Shown here in pieces: positions 1 to 14,627 of a stretch of DNA of 64,000 nucleotides. The DNA comes from Phoronis australis (taxonomy: Eukaryota; Animalia; Phoronida), in assembly GCA_002633005.1 (NCBI GenBank), contig NMRA01000025.1, forward strand, positions 729,785 through 793,784. Direction: 5' to 3'. Every line of letters begins with the position of its first letter. The first letter of the stretch is position 1. The notes under the pieces are model-generated. The model searched no databases and had not been told where the DNA came from. It saw only the letters and a program-made list of their open reading frames with translations. Both the position numbers and the translations under genes were made by a program.

Positions 1-440
1 TGCCCAATAAACGAATGATTTGAATTCTCCCATAGACTAGCTGGTGTAGTTGGCCACATCTGCCCAATAAACGAATGATTTGAATTCTCCCATAGACTAG
101 CTGGTGTAGTTGGCCACATCTGCCCAATAAACGAATGATTTGAATTCTCCCATAGACTAGCTGGTGTAGTTGGCCACATCTGCCCAATAAACGAATGATT
201 TGAATTCTCCCATAGACTAGCTGGTGTAGTTGGCCACATCTGCCCAATAAACGAATGATTTGAATTCTCCCATAGACTAGCTGGTGTAGTTGGCCACATC
301 TGCCCAATAAACAATGATTTGAATTCTCCCATAGACTAGCTGGTGTAGTTGGCCACATATGCCCAATAAACAATGATTTGAATTCTCCCATAGACTAGCT
401 GGTGTAGTTGGCGACATCTGCCCAATAAACGAATGATTTT
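1..440. repeat. 60-bp minisatellite, at least 7 units, running off the window start
   Basis: Unit TGCCCAATAAACGAATGATTTGAATTCTCCCATAGACTAGCTGGTGTAGTTGGCCACATC is identical 5 times, followed by two 59-bp variants and a partial unit. There are no spacers. Confidence 0.97.
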
Positions 441-2435
441 TCATCAACACCTGACAAGAAGTTCATCGGCTGCGAACGACAGTTGTCAACGTTTTTACAT
501 TTGCTAAATAAATACCGGCCCTGTTTTCTATCCCACTTACAATAGTTGTTCACTTATTTAGCTAACAATGTCAGCTAAATATGTGAAATTGTGTTTCGTC
601 AAGGTTTTCAGCAAAAATAAAGACAAAAACAGCATGGTTTCCACTTTGCAGATTTCAACAACATTTGACCAAGTTTTCGTCATGTGCAGCAGTGTAGTCG
701 GTCTTTAAAATGTGGACAACATGATAATTTGGCCGTTGTTTTTGTTGAAAGTCAAGTTAAGAAGCAGGTATTGAGATTTATACACTGACTCACAACATAT
801 CTATTGTTAATTAGCAACAAAAGTTGTACACAGTAATCAGTTGTCCATTGACACCCCCTATTGGTAAGAAGAATGAGACATAATTACTACCATCGACTGG
901 TTCACCATGCCATCCTGGTGAAGCTATGTTACTAATGCGCTCATCTCCCCATAGCTTAATTCCAGCTATTGTTTATTAATCAATGAATGTGTGGTGATAT
1001 TGGGTACATGAATGTATTGATCAGGCCAAGAAAAGTGGTGTTGAATAAGTGGCAGTATATCAGTAGGTCTCTGTTCCATCTCATTTCCAGCCAGGAGCGT
1101 CCCTGTATTCCTTGCCTGCGTACATAACCACTACATTACAGAAATTCATCTTTGCCATAGTCCCTTGTTTACTGCCACATTGCGGTGTGTTAATTAACTT
1201 GTGTAAAAACTTATTTTTGATCTCACAAGCATTTTTCCTTTTTTTAGTTTTGAAACGTGAAGCAAAACCAAGAGATGAATGTAGCTTTTCACCTGTAAAA
1301 CAAATTAAAGCATTCTAGTGTTTCTTCTTGCAACATCTACAAGAACTGTTGGCAAAACCTGGAGCGTTTTGCCTGTTTTCTTGGTGCTAATTCTATCCCT
1401 GGCTAAGAGACGTAGGATTGGATTCGTGTACGCATTCGTTTTTTGTCTTCAAAACGGATTGCCATTTTGTTGTTTTTACCAGTATTGTGTGGCCTTCTCA
1501 AGTTTCCACCCATTCCAAAGAAAGAAAATTGCTGAAATGCCAGACACTGCTGTGATTTAATCAAATTATCCACAAATTTATTACCAGACAAGTGTTTAAG
1601 TTAATGAAATAAAGATGTTGAAACTATTTGCAATAGTACTGGACAAAGTGTGCCATGTTTTTTGTCAGCTAGTTTGATCATGTGTGAAGTTTTCAAGATG
1701 CCTTTCACTTTGTCTTGGGATTAGTCATGTGGAAAAGACAAAGGTTATTTGGTGCTAGAAGGGTGCATCGTTATCCGCTCTGTTGATATTTCGTGGAGGA
1801 AAGTAGTGGGATTTATCTTGAGGCTCTGATTTGAGATAAGCCACATAGTCTTGTCATGATCAGATCTGTGTTACACAAGAGCTTTTATACATCCTTGTTT
1901 GTTATGGTCTCATGTCTTTGTTTTGAACTACTGTTGGGACAGATGTTTTGATATTATTGGAGTATGTCTGTGTACTCACCAGGCTTTCTGAGTATAGTGG
2001 GCCATTGGGCTCAACCATTTAGCCGTCGTAGTGATTTTTTTTTCCTTTTGCTCAAGTTTGAGCTATTGCTTGAAGTACATAAATATCAAAATGTTGTGGC
2101 TTTGAATGAGAGGTGTCTCCTGAGAGCGTCAGACTTTTTGGAGACTTAGGCAGAAAATGAACTGAAGTTAATAAACAGTTATTTCATCCATGTCTTTAAT
2201 GAAAAAATGAGTTCTAAGAAACACTGAATTTAATTCAATTTCATCTTATTCTACTCATTTGTTGTAACTGCTGATTTTCATGAACTTGACAGCAGGTGGA
2301 AAAGGTGATGTTCTAATTATTTTACTTTATTTGTTTACTTACTGTTCAGTCAAGTATTGGGGATCTACATCATGGACATTAACTGAAAATCTACGTTTAC
2401 AATCATCATTTGATCTTATAAATCTCTCTTTGTGA

Positions 2436-2737
2436 GTGTTCATTCCCAGTTCAAATCTCTAAGTATTACACATATGTCAGTGTTCATACCTTCATTCCCA
2501 GTTCAATTCTCTCAGTATTACACATTCATTCCCAGTTCAATTCTCTAAGTATTACACATTATATGTCAGTGTTCATTCCCAGTTCAATTCTCTAAGTACT
2601 ACACATTATATGTCAGTGTTCATTCCCAGTTCAATTCTCTCAGTATTACAATTCATTCCCAGTTCAATTCTCTAAGTACTACACATTATATGTCAGTGTT
2701 CATTTCCAGTTCAATTCTCTAAGTACTACAGATTATA
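2436..2737. repeat. Irregular minisatellite with about 32-bp and about 47-bp units
   Basis: Recurring core TTCATTCCCAGTTCAATTCTCTAAGTA(T/C)TACACA, with or without TTATATGTCAGTG; about 7 copies. Confidence 0.9.
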
Positions 2738-5700
2738 TTTTTTCGCGCAGCTGGTGTATTTCAAACAACAAGCCAATGTGCTTTTATTACCTGAAGATGC
2801 TTATTTTAAACCCTGGGTTTAAACACAATTGACTGTATTGAGAGAAACCCAAGCCTTGGGTTTGTGAAACGCCCGCCCTGTTTGTGGAGAAACTTGATGC
2901 TGTGTTTTCACTGAGCTGGCTGGTGTAAAGTAACTCGACAGCTTGTCGACCATGTTAACTTGCTTGCCTGATAAGATTCATCAGTTTGGTTAACCTTTCT
3001 CCAATTGGATTAGGCAACCCTCCTTATCAGTCCTGTTCTTCATATTTCCATTTCACTGCTGGTTTCCACACACTGTGTATTCTTTCTCAGCTATAGTTTC
3101 AGTGTGAACTCGAAATTTGTAATTACATTTTTTGACTACATCTCCGCTGGATCCCCAAAACACTGCATGTTATTTTGGTAAAATCTACCAATTTCGGACG
3201 AAAACAATTACTGAAAGAGACATGTTCTCATTATTCAAGATTTTCTAACATTGCTTCGACTGCCCACAACTCAGGGTATCAAAAGGTTGTCAGATCGTAG
3301 TGTGGTACAGAAATAGCACGTGGAAAACCATTAATCTTGTGCTGTATATCTTACATGAAAAAAGTTAGAAAATGAAATTTCACTTATCTGCCATTTTTGT
3401 GTCCTTAGTTGGTGAAATCTTGGCTTGTTACCATAGTTACCATAGTTGTACATCTATTATCACACAGTGTAGCCAACTAATGAAACGTCATTTTGTTAAA
3501 TTTCTGCACAAAAGAAAAGATACTAAGAACATTTTATTGTATTTCAACCATGGTTTGTAGTACGTAGATGTCATAAAACAACATTTTCTAAGGTTCCCAT
3601 CATTTGCAAAATGGTAAGCAGTCACTGAAAAATGGAAAAACAACACGTATAACAATTATTCTTATATGAAATAAGTGGAGTATTACCGTTATTACGTTTA
3701 TTGTTTGGGAAGATCCCATAGACTTAGAGTGTAACTCTGGTCTTGTGATGCAAGTTTTATTCTGATTTTCAGTTTCTGATGCAGAGTAAAGACACTTCAG
3801 ATCAAAGGGTCATAGACTTGTTATTGTTATTATTAATTGATACTGTTGCTGGTGGGGACGGGAGTTTGTGTCTGGGTCATGTTTTATTCAGATTTGCGTC
3901 TTGTTGATAAATAATGCAATCTGCCAGGAGTTCTTGCATTTATGAAAGGGAATATGACTTACGACTAGCTACGGTTATTGAGTAAGTTTGGGTGATTTGC
4001 AGGTGTTGTTTTTGAAGTTTTCCATCAAAGAAATTAATTTAAAACTGTTTGGACGTGTGGTTTTTGCAGCAGTCTTATTGTGATGGTAATTGTACTAGTC
4101 ATTCTATGGGTTTCCTGAATGAATTGACCAGTAGTAAATACTCAACTCCTTGTAAGATTATATTGTACACATAGAGAGTGGCGTTTAATTATGGTTGCAT
4201 GCTGAGCACGAGTGTCATGTAGTTGGAATGTTAATTATGCTCAGAATGCAGTGGGGATTTTTTGCGAATGTATCCCTTCTGTAGTTTGGTAGCTTTATTT
4301 CAAGATCTTTCATGACAATTTTCTCTTGTCATGGGTAGTATGAGCACAGGATCAGACTAATGAGACGTCTCCTGACTCGTGAGTGACAATGTATTGTGGA
4401 ATTTGCATATCGTGGGCTATCCTTTTCATTATTGGTGAATTAAAGTTAGTTGGTGAGTGACTGGCCTATGGAAAACGCACTTACTTGGCGTTTCATTGTA
4501 GGATGTTATCTGTTTGGGAAGTCATGTTAAGATTTCGGAGAACAGAATTTCTTAAGACGAAGATTCCAAGTAATTAAAAAACGTGCTGGAAACCATTTTG
4601 ATAATAAATTATGACATGTGATGAGCTGACTTTCTGATTTTGTTTCTTAGTTGAACAAGATTTAAAACTGAAATTTTTTGTGGTGTACGTCTTACAAGTT
4701 TTCATATGCAGAGTATAGATTTTCTGCGTGAAGGTTACAGAATGTGAGCTGAATGGGTTGACAGTACTGCAAACGTTACTTTGTGGCAGTTTGCGCTGTC
4801 ACAAAAGTGCTGGCGTTTTCGCTAGCACTTTTGTCACGAGACCGCTTAATTGGAAAGAAGCATAGGGTGAGGGCCATGTGTTTAGTTGCGTTGATTAACC
4901 ACTGTACGGCAGAAAGTGAAAGCTAAATGACACCGTTTCTCACTTTTGAAGCAATTCAAGTGGTGAGAAGATGAACAACTGCTGGCCAAAAGGCCCATTC
5001 ATAGACCGCATATCTGTCTCCGGGTTAAAACGCTAACGTTTTCAATGAAAACGTGCTTGTGTTTTTGCCGCTCATGTGAATGTGGCATTGAACATTGGGT
5101 TATCAAATCTCACTCGTTTTGAAATCAAAGACAGAATGCTTTATTTTTGTACAAGTCATCAATTTTCTATGTCCGGAATTTTTCTCTCATTTTTTTTCTT
5201 CATATGTTATGGCGCGGCAGTGTGTAACTGCCTATTCCCAAAGCTATTTCTATATGTATGATAAGATCTGAGATCTATATCTGAGTATTGAAAACAAATC
5301 ACGAAAAGTACTTCATTTCTGAGCGATGAATATTTTATGAGTGGTATAACGGAGGAGTTGGTCTCCCCAAAAAGTTGCAAAAAGCTGTTTCCTGTGATAG
5401 TTTACACGCACACACACACACGCGTGTGCACACACACACACACTGTTGGTACGGTTGTTGTTGTAAATGTTAAGTCCAAACTAAAATTACCTTACATCTC
5501 ACCAAGTAGGACACAATATGGCGTTTTCTTATTTTTCTCATTTTCTTATTTTTTTACAAAAGTGTACATCAAATTAATACTTCACCAGGTTCAAGTTCTG
5601 TTACAATGGCTACCATCAGTAAATATTTTGAAAAGTTGTGGGTATTCACAACTGTGTTTGACCTTGAAAAACATTGCAGTGATTTGCCATTTTTAGCATG

Positions 5701-8700
5701 GACACTGTGGATGACAAGTGAAATTCTACTTTATCAAATTTCTTCACAAAAATAAAAAGTAAATTTCAGTCTATACGAGCATGGTTTGTGCAATATAGAT
5801 GTCATACAAATTAAATTTTGTATGCTTTTCATTATTTGCAATGTAGTAGGGATCGGCTTGTGAAAAATCAAAAAACATTTTGTGAATAAAGCTGTTGCAA
5901 ATATGAGTCCATGTTGACAGTGATCAGTAAATAAAAGAAAATATTTTACCTTTGTACTTACCCGTTTTGAAAGAGTGAGGGAAAAAAGATTTAGTTTTAC
6001 GCTTTATGTTTCCCACTGATTTCTGTGTGGCAGTTAAACGATTTGCGAAGCGTTTATGTCAGTGGTCTGAATCATAAAATTATGGGCCACAAATCACTTG
6101 CTTGTCAAAATCTCTTTGTAGCACTCGTTACACGGTTTGTTAGTCAACAACAGTTTTTAGGCACTTAGAGGCTTGGTTGATGTGATGGTTGATATACTTA
6201 ACTCCACTGACATGTGCAGGTCACTGAATTATAGACATGGGGGAACTTGAAAGAAAGAGAATATTAGCGTTTTGTCAACAAAACTACGAATGGATACCTT
6301 TACATTCTTTCAAATACCTTTGGTCTGTCTCTTTTGTTTGCACAGGCTTTTTACTGGGTTGATGTATGGCAGGTTTGATCCATTTGTTTTACTGGGTTTC
6401 ATTAGACTTATATGCCATGACTATGTTGTTGGTAATTGTGATTTTGAATTGCACAATACAAAGCAAGCTTTTCTTAATAGTTGGTATGGGGCAATGGAAC
6501 TTAATCAAATTCCAGACCAACCAGTACCTGGGTAACATTTGTTGGAGGCACTACTGAGTGGTGAAAAAGTCTACACAATGAGTCACCCTAGACAACATTT
6601 GAGACAGGCAAAATACCCATGACAGGTTTTGTTGGCATGCCCATCTCAACTCCTATAGAAGGGTCTCCTGTTAAGAATGAAAATTTGGAAGTTTGATGAA
6701 GATAGAACATTGCCTGGTCTGTGATTTCCTTTGACTTTCCTCTTTACTGGCATGCTGTCAGCAATCTGTCAATCATTACTTTTCAGGCCAAAGATTGTCC
6801 ATGTGTGCATGTCTGTGATCCTGTGTATTCAAACCTGGAATAGTTCCATGCTGTTCAACCTTATCTAAACTCGTGGAATTTTGTGTTACATACCTTTTCG
6901 ACACCTTTGAGATTATTAACTTAAAAAAGCTTTCGCTTGCTGGCATCTTGTTGTTAAAATTCAATTTCATCAGAAATGTTTCTGTCATTTTATTTGGAGA
7001 TATTCACTTCACTGAAGGCTCTATTGACTTGCAAATGCCTTATTTTTTAAGACGAGGTTTTGGTTTTGATGAAACGCTGAGAATCAGCGATTGTTGTTCC
7101 ATTTTTCAAAGTGCGATCACCTTGCTACAAATACCGTTAACTCGACCAAGTTACAAACGAAGGTGAACATTGACCAACTCTTAGTGGTTTTTGAGGAATT
7201 CGCCAAAGTAATATTTCAGATACTGGGCATATTGTATGCTAAATAGACTGTAGGTACCTCATCCACTTTTTTCCACTTTTGTTTGCTAGGCCTTGTTTAT
7301 TGACGAGTTTATAGCCGGCATATTCCAAACCACATTTTACGCCAGCAGAGCCTAGTCAGGTGCCTGGTGCCACCGCTAATACCGTACACCAGCTTAGCCA
7401 CAGACAGACACAAGCTGACGTGTCTCGACTGGGAGTAAACATTTGATACCTTGTTTTGGTCCATGTTTTTTGTGCGAGGTAACACCATGGTATTTGCTCT
7501 CGGTTGAGCCCCGCTGAGTCAAGTGAAAGCTGCACATTCCTGCCTGGGCTGGTATTGTGTTTCACCTGGCTTCAGTTCAACACTGAAATGTGGTGTTCTG
7601 TGCTAGCTGAAGCAATGTGAAATTGTGGTCATGGTCTCTTTTAAGCTTTCTTTGTGTGGCCATTTTCCTGGCAAAGCCTTGATCTATGCTGGTCTTAGCT
7701 CGCCTTGACCGGATTAGCCAGTGGCACACTCCTCTTTCACAAGGTGAATAGGTGAGGGTTCTTTGATATGCACAAAACAGTTCTTGCTTTGCGTTTCCAT
7801 TTTAAAGTGAAGGTTGGACATTTGTATGCAATCAGTCATCCATTTTACGACATTGAGGTTTAATATTTCTGTGCATTTTTCCCAGTTAGTCACTATGACA
7901 TGTGTATTACATGCCATGGACTAGAGTCAAAAGACCACATTAACATTGTTGTGTTGCTGTCTGTTCACAGAACAGCCTTAATCAGGAACAAATGCAACTG
8001 GATCAGTTTGTTCCAGATCAGTTCCTTTTATGCCATTGATTTCTGAAAAGGTGTCTTATGTAAGCTGAATAACATGAGCGATTACCCAGGGGAAACGCTC
8101 CCTGTAGCCAGGTTTACGAATTAATGCCTTCGCTAGCACTTTCACCAGAAGCAAAAACAGCGCTTTCACTAGCATTTTTACCTGTAGCAAAAATGGCAGT
8201 AATGTGGAAGGCTGGCAGTCTTAGATACCCCAAAACTGCTGTCATTTTACCGAGCACTTTTGCAGTCATGCAGCACACTTCAACAGACTTTCACTTACAC
8301 ATGATAGTCTGTGTTGCAACACTTGCATACTCGTTTTGTGTTTGCGAAAACCAATCCGTGCTGTTTTATTTTCCCTTGAAAGACTCGCAGTACTAAATAA
8401 ATCATTTTTTGTTCTATACCATAATCACAATCACAGTACATTCAGAAAATGTGAGCCTCCATAACAATGTTGAAAGTCATCGACAAATGAAGAAAGTCAA
8501 TTTTTGGCAATTATTTTTTTTCCTAATGGTAACGGGAACCGAGATATTTTTGTGTGGTGGAATGCTTCTAACCAATTCTGAGTGAATTCAACTTGATTCT
8601 GTTGCATGTGAATGAGGGAGTTCATTCTCAAACTCTACAAGGCTCCAGCTGTTAAGGATTTAGCCGTATTCCCTGGCTGCCTACTTTTATGGCTTAAAAA

Positions 8701-9110
8701 TCACTACGTAGGTGTTTTCAAATCTTAGGAAAATATGAGAAAGTGATGGAAGTAGTCGAGAAGGCAATGTCGAACCAATAAGATGTGTCCTGAGCACCAG
8801 TGTATAATTCAATTTGCATGCGAAATTCTTTCGTGATTTGTCAGTTGCAATTGCTTAGTGGAGGACTGGCCAGTGAAAACACGCTTACTGTACTTGTCCT
8901 TGCTTTGGAAATCATGTTTAGTATTCCGAGGAACTAGGCTATATTTAGAAAATGGGAAAAGTACAGTAATTCACTGTTTCATCATGCTGACTTAACAGTG
9001 AGAACCCTGTGTGCGGCTGCGTGAAACAGTCCCAAATGGGGACTCAACTAAGTTCCCTAAATGTAAAGCGTATTTGTGGGCTTGTGAAAACACTGATAGT
9101 TCTGTCTTAC

Positions 9111-9300
9111 GTTGTTTGAGTCCCATTACTACATTAAGTTGTTTGAGTCCCATTACTACAGTAAGTTGTTTGAGTCCCATTACTACAGTAAGTTGTTTGA
9201 GTCCCATTACTACAGTAAGTTGTTTGAGTCCCATTACTACAGTAAGTTGTTTGAGTCCCATTACTACAGTAAGTTGTTTGAGTCCCATTACTACAGTAAG
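9111..9300. repeat. 27-bp minisatellite, 7 units
   Basis: GTTGTTTGAGTCCCATTACTACAGTAA x7 with one variant; it explains the repetitive ORFs at 8992-9340. Confidence 0.97.
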
Positions 9301-9545
9301 TCAGTTTTTGACTTTGATACAAATCAAGAGTGAGCTCTAGGTTAAATTCTCATTATTATTATTATTATAAGTAAGTAGTTATCTTTTCATGGAATACCCC
9401 TAATGTAAGGATTTAAGTCCCTGATTAGTATTACTCTGTTAGGGCTCAGTTTTTAGTTAGGTCATTAGAAAATGTCGTTAGTCAAAGAGGAACTCATAAT
9501 AAATATAAAATGATAGAAAATATAAAATCTGTGAGTAAAGAATGA

Positions 9546-11525
9546 AACGAGAGCGCTCGGAGGAGCGACACTTGGTGAAATTACGCGAAAACAGGACGAT
9601 GGGGAGGACGATGACGACGATCATGACGATGAGGGCGGAGATTATGAACAACACGATAACATTCATGTATGTGACTAGCGAACAAATCAGTAAGAAATAG
9701 CCTGCAGTCTTGTTCACACCCCTGTTAACTTGCAACAGTACAAGAGCGCTCGGAGGAGTGGCACTTGGCGAAGTTAACCAAAAAGATGACGATGGAGATG
9801 ACGACGATGATGATTGCGATGATGATAGTGGGGATTATGAGCAACACGATAACATTCATATGACTAGCGAAGATGTCAGAAATCAGTAAGAAATAGGCTA
9901 CTGTCTTGTTCAGTAAACCAACCACAGTGCAGCAAATCGAACAGCGTTATCAGAAAATCTCGAATAATTCAAAAAGTTAAGATGTCCTAGAGAAAAATGA
10001 AAAATATCTTATGAAAGCCGGTTAAAACTCTATTGAACTGTACAGATTTCTGATCTGTTAATGTACATGGCAAGAAAATCCTGGCACACAAAACTATTTG
10101 CAAAAAACACCAAATTTGACAATTTTCTCCCCGAAATAACCACTTCCTGCAAGGGCTAGAAAAAGTCTGGCTACAGATTCAGAATGCTCGTCCTCACTAG
10201 ATTCTAACTATGTGGTCATAGTAAGCCTCTAACCAGCTACTTTTTTGGCAAATATGATCTGTCTGACAGCCACCTGAAATCGCACCCGGTTTCTCGGACA
10301 GCAGACGACAGGGGTTGATAGCAAATGACAGCCACCAGTGTGCATCAAAAGTAGGTAAAACTTGGCTTTTCTCATTCAAAAACACAAGTAAATAAGTTTC
10401 CTGGCAATTGTTGTCAACAATTTCCTCAAACCACCCGCCAAACCTGACACACGCCCTCAACATAAATTCTAGGGACTAGAAAATGCTCCGTGGCCGCGGC
10501 CTTACTGTTCAGTGCTACTTACAGTCTTGAGCGACAATAGGCAAAATTAACGACGATGATGATTGTGATGATGAAGGTGGCAATGATGAACAACATCATA
10601 ACATTCATACGACGAACTTAGATGTCATAAATTAGTAAGAAATAAGCTACAGTCTTGTTCAAATAAACTAAACCAACATCAATGCAATAAGAGCGCTCAA
10701 CAAAGGAACAGCGCTATCACAAAATCTCAAATAATTCAAAAAGTAGACGTCGTAGCGAAAAATGAAAACTTCTTCTGAAAGCCCGTTCCAAACTCTATCT
10801 AAATTGATAGTTTCGCAACATTCCATAATTTTTTCGAAAAAATTGAAATTTTGCGGTTTCTTTTGAAATTCATAGTCAAATAACTCGAAAACGGTAAGTC
10901 TGAGAAAAACGTTATCCCAGAACTTTTGAAAGAGCATATTTCAAGGAATCCACATGAAAAATTCATGTCATTTGCATTTCCCGTTAAAAATGCGACAGCA
11001 GAACGATTGAAATCGGGTGAAAATGCGCCAGAGCCGCCATCTTGAAAGTGACTTCTGGTTAAACAAAATTTTATAAAAGCCAATTAATAACAACAAACAC
11101 GTGACCAATTTGAAAATGATTGGTTCGCTGATGCGCCCTCTACAGGAGAAAACGTTTTCGGCCAGATATCGAGGTGCGCATGCGCCACTGCCAATAGTTC
11201 CGCCATCTTTGACCGTAAGTCAACGATTTTTAGCACAGTTGTAGCACATGTGTTCTATAATAATCATACCACGTTTCAGTCCCGTACGTCGAAAAATGCG
11301 GCCTCTATGAGCATTTGACTCTGAAATCGGAAACAAAATGGCCGCCACGTCCGCAATTTTGAATCTGATCATGACCAAAAACAATAGGCTTCCAGGACTT
11401 TCCGTGTGCAAATTTTGTGGGAATCCGACGAAAATTGCGACCTCTAGAGTGCGAACAAAAAGAACAAAACTTGACGACAGAGCAACATACTTGTCGGAAT
11501 TCGAAGAATTCCACCAAGTAACAAG
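9546..11525 (-). mobile_element. Helentron-associated non-autonomous element (HINE/DINE-1-like), composite copy 1
   Basis: The right end has a subterminal repeat plus adjacent inverted repeat (ACTTGTCGGAATTC-GAA-GAATTCCACCAAGTAACAA). The left end has a CGCTC-GGAG-GAGCG stem-loop next to ACTTGG(C/T)G. Segment 10710-11525 is clearly homologous to 15110-15942. Confidence 0.7.
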
Positions 11526-14500
11526 TACGCAAAAGATTTAGAGAACTTAGTTGAGTCCCTATTTGGGACTATTTCATGCAACTGGGCACTGCAGCCTGCA
11601 GCATCGAGTCAGGAATTATGGGATATCGAGATTTGTTAGGTTTTGTTGAGGTTGGAAGAAATTGACCATGTTGACAGTAACAATCATTGATGTGACAAAT
11701 TGTGTTTTAAGTAATGTTTTTGCTTTTTTAGTTCAACACCATGTTGAATTTAAAATTGTTTTTAATGTATCACACCATCTTTCCATTGAAAATTAAACTT
11801 CCCATAATTGTTGGAATCTTAAAAGTTTTCACTGACAATATACAACAAGTTTTTAACACGAAGGTTGCAGATTATGTTTGTAATGGGTTGACAGCCCTGT
11901 ATTAGATCAGCAAAATAACCTGAGGCAGAAAAATCGAGAATTATGAGTACGGTATCCATAAATGTTCCCCTAGGACTGATTATATGTGTCAGTTATGATA
12001 TTGTTCCTTGTAGCCTGCCTGCTTGACGTCATAAAGTGCTGCTGATGAAGTCCTTGATTTGACTCATAGTACCAAGCAGTTTGAACTAATGTTGTGGACT
12101 GGCTATTTTTATAAGCCTTAATGGATTGCAGTTGATGAAAGTCTTGTTTGAATAGAAAAAGTGAGTGGATTTTCTGTGAGGCGTTTTCGCAGAATTGTCG
12201 GATTTTGTTTTGACTGCGTTAAAAATGCAATTGCATGCGTAGATTTAGAAGTGCTGATGTCCATTCCCCTCAGGTGAGCTTGAGATACGTTTGTTTGTCG
12301 CTTGTACATTTTCAACACTTTTGAGTGTAGCCTATGGCAATACTGTCTGAGTTGTGTTTGACTTGCTATAAAAAAATTGTTTCGTTAAATTTTTAATCGC
12401 CTGACCTTATTTTCTCAATGACCCTTTCCACAAGGCAGAAGTAATTACAGTGCTTTGCTTGCTGGGTTATGCACACATGGCTGTCTAATGCCGTTAGTGT
12501 TGTATTTGGGGCATGTTGTAAGTGTGGGTGTGGACACTTGGTTGAATTAAGGTTATTGTTCCAGGGAAACTTGTTCTAGGATAACTCATGGTGTGAACAT
12601 GGTGGAGTTCTTTTGAATGAAGATTGTCTACNCCCCCCCCCCCTTACTATATTTTTGAGTCCATTATTTTGTCCTGAGTTTATTTTCAGCCTCAGGCACA
12701 TCAGCACATGTGTAGTATGAATAACAAGCCCAGGGTATGGTCACACTGTTGAATTATTCAAAATATCAACTCCTCAGATTTCCATGCCCTGATTGTGCAG
12801 TTCCCTATGGGCTTACCTGGTAGCGGCAGAGTATATGAAAAAAAGATTTCACTGTCACTTTTCAAAATCGTGTTTTGTTTCGTGGATTTTGTATTTTTAC
12901 AAATTTATACCTGATAGAGATTTTGCGGTGATATTCACATAGCGAAGAATTGGGGAGAAAATATGTTTGCATGTCTGGTGTATGATGCTAGCATGCAAGT
13001 TTTGTTCAGTTGAGGGTCTCTCACCACTGTCCCCATGCCCCATTCCTCGTCCGTTCTGCCGTCCCCTGCCCTGCTATCCTTCCCATTTCTTTTCAGTCTC
13101 CCCTGCTTCCTCTCCCAATTCCCCCACCCTGACCGCCAGTGCCCCTCGCTCGATTATGTTGGTTGGCTCAAACAAATGGTCATTGAGATGTGGCTCTATG
13201 CTCGTTTTCATTTTTGCCATGTTTGCTCGGGTTGAGTTGGCACATGGGATACTCGTCTTGCATTAGGTAGGATATCACTGGACAACAAGATGAAGCCTGG
13301 AGCTAATAAAGCCATGTTCTCAACTTGTATCTGTTGTTGTTTAGATTTCCATGCTGACTTTTTCCCAGCGGCACCTGTCCATCAGTGAAGCAACTGATGA
13401 GATCAAAACCATAAAACAGCTTTTCGCGCATTGGTCCATCTCATTGTTGTGTAAGGCGTCATTGTGGCCAGGTCTTTGATGTCTTTCGGCCTCTTTGCTG
13501 CTCGATATCCTTGGGCGGCTTGTACAATCTTGTTTACCTTTATTCCATTCACATGGCCATTGGCAGTATATAATGTTTGTTTATCTTGGCTGGATGTGTA
13601 TGTATGGGATGATGTGTGTTTAATATGAAGCTGCAGATTTTTTTGTTTGATAGCTTTTAATGAAAATTCTCAATTTCAAGGTGCAGGTGCTGAGGTCTAC
13701 TGTGTTTGTGTGCCATTTTTGTGAATGAGTGTTGAGAAGTTGTGTCCCAGTAACATGTCGTGTCTCAGTACATCTCCACCAAGGCATACATTCTCCTGTT
13801 TGGGACAGTGAAAATTTAATTATTTTGCTCAAGGTTGAAGCTGGTACCAAATTTTAGAAATGGCCTATATTGGCTGTCCCAAATTCAGGGATTACAATCA
13901 ACGACAAACAATCGTTAATGTTGCACACTATCAGGACCCATGAAAACGTTGCGTCGGTAGCTATTTTGGACGATTTTATGAACTGCCAAGTCTAGTTTGA
14001 GACTTTGTTGATATAAAATGCAGTGTTCGATATTTGAGAGATGTGTTCTTAACTGCTAAAATCACATAACCTTCAAAATTAGGAATGTTTAAATTCAGCT
14101 CAAATTTCTGTGTTGCAAATTTAAGCTCAGGCTGTTCTAAACTGAGATAATTTTATGGTTAACTGGAGAGAATTTTACTCACTCACACATTTCATTTTAA
14201 GCGCATTTGGTTAGAGTTAACAAAAAGACCAATGTACTGCAAAGTTTGGGCTAACAAGTCATGTTGTATAAAAACGAAGTCAAGATGAACTTTCTTGCTG
14301 GGCTTCGCATACCTAGTCCCAGGGTTCTCCTTGTGCAAACCTTCAGACAAGGTACAAATTGTGTGGACCATGTTCTCCTCTAATAATCTTCTTTTCTGTT
14401 AATTCACGAAAACAACTGTAGTTACACATTTTCACTTGCTGTTCATGTCACTATCTGTTCATGTCACTATCGTTTTTACTGCTAAATAATAAGAATATAC

Positions 14501-14627
14501 CACTTTGAAACTCAATTTCAAACAATTGGCTCAAAAGCAGAAAAACACTCAGGCTGTTCAAATACGGCTCAAGATTTCAAACACGGCTCAAGATTTCAAA
14601 CATGGCTCGGAGCTTTTCAAGAGTTCT

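Larger units (their letters stand above)
9010..11588. mobile_element. PIF/Harbinger-like non-autonomous TIR element hosting nested insertions
   Basis: About 50-bp imperfect TIRs: left GCGTGAAACAGTCCCAAATGGGGACTCAACTAAGTTCCCTAAAT versus the reverse complement of the right end GCATGAAATAGTCCCAAATAGGGACTCAACTAAGTTCTCTAAAT. Both flanks read CTG (9007-9009, 11589-11591). The superfamily is inferred from the 3-bp TSD. Confidence 0.75.

Noticed and set aside
1-440. CRISPR-like array (also considered for 9111, 27394, 31994, 34501)
   Set aside because: Units are contiguous with no unique spacers, there are no cas genes, and the context is a eukaryotic intron.
4801-4834. Hairpin ACAAAAGTGCTGGCG-TTTT-CGCTAGCACTTTTGT as a terminator or ncRNA
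   Set aside because: Too short for a pre-miRNA and terminators are irrelevant here. A related half-site near 8130 suggests an old repeat remnant.
8992-9340. Nine-residue repeat ORFs
   Set aside because: Translation of the 27-bp minisatellite.
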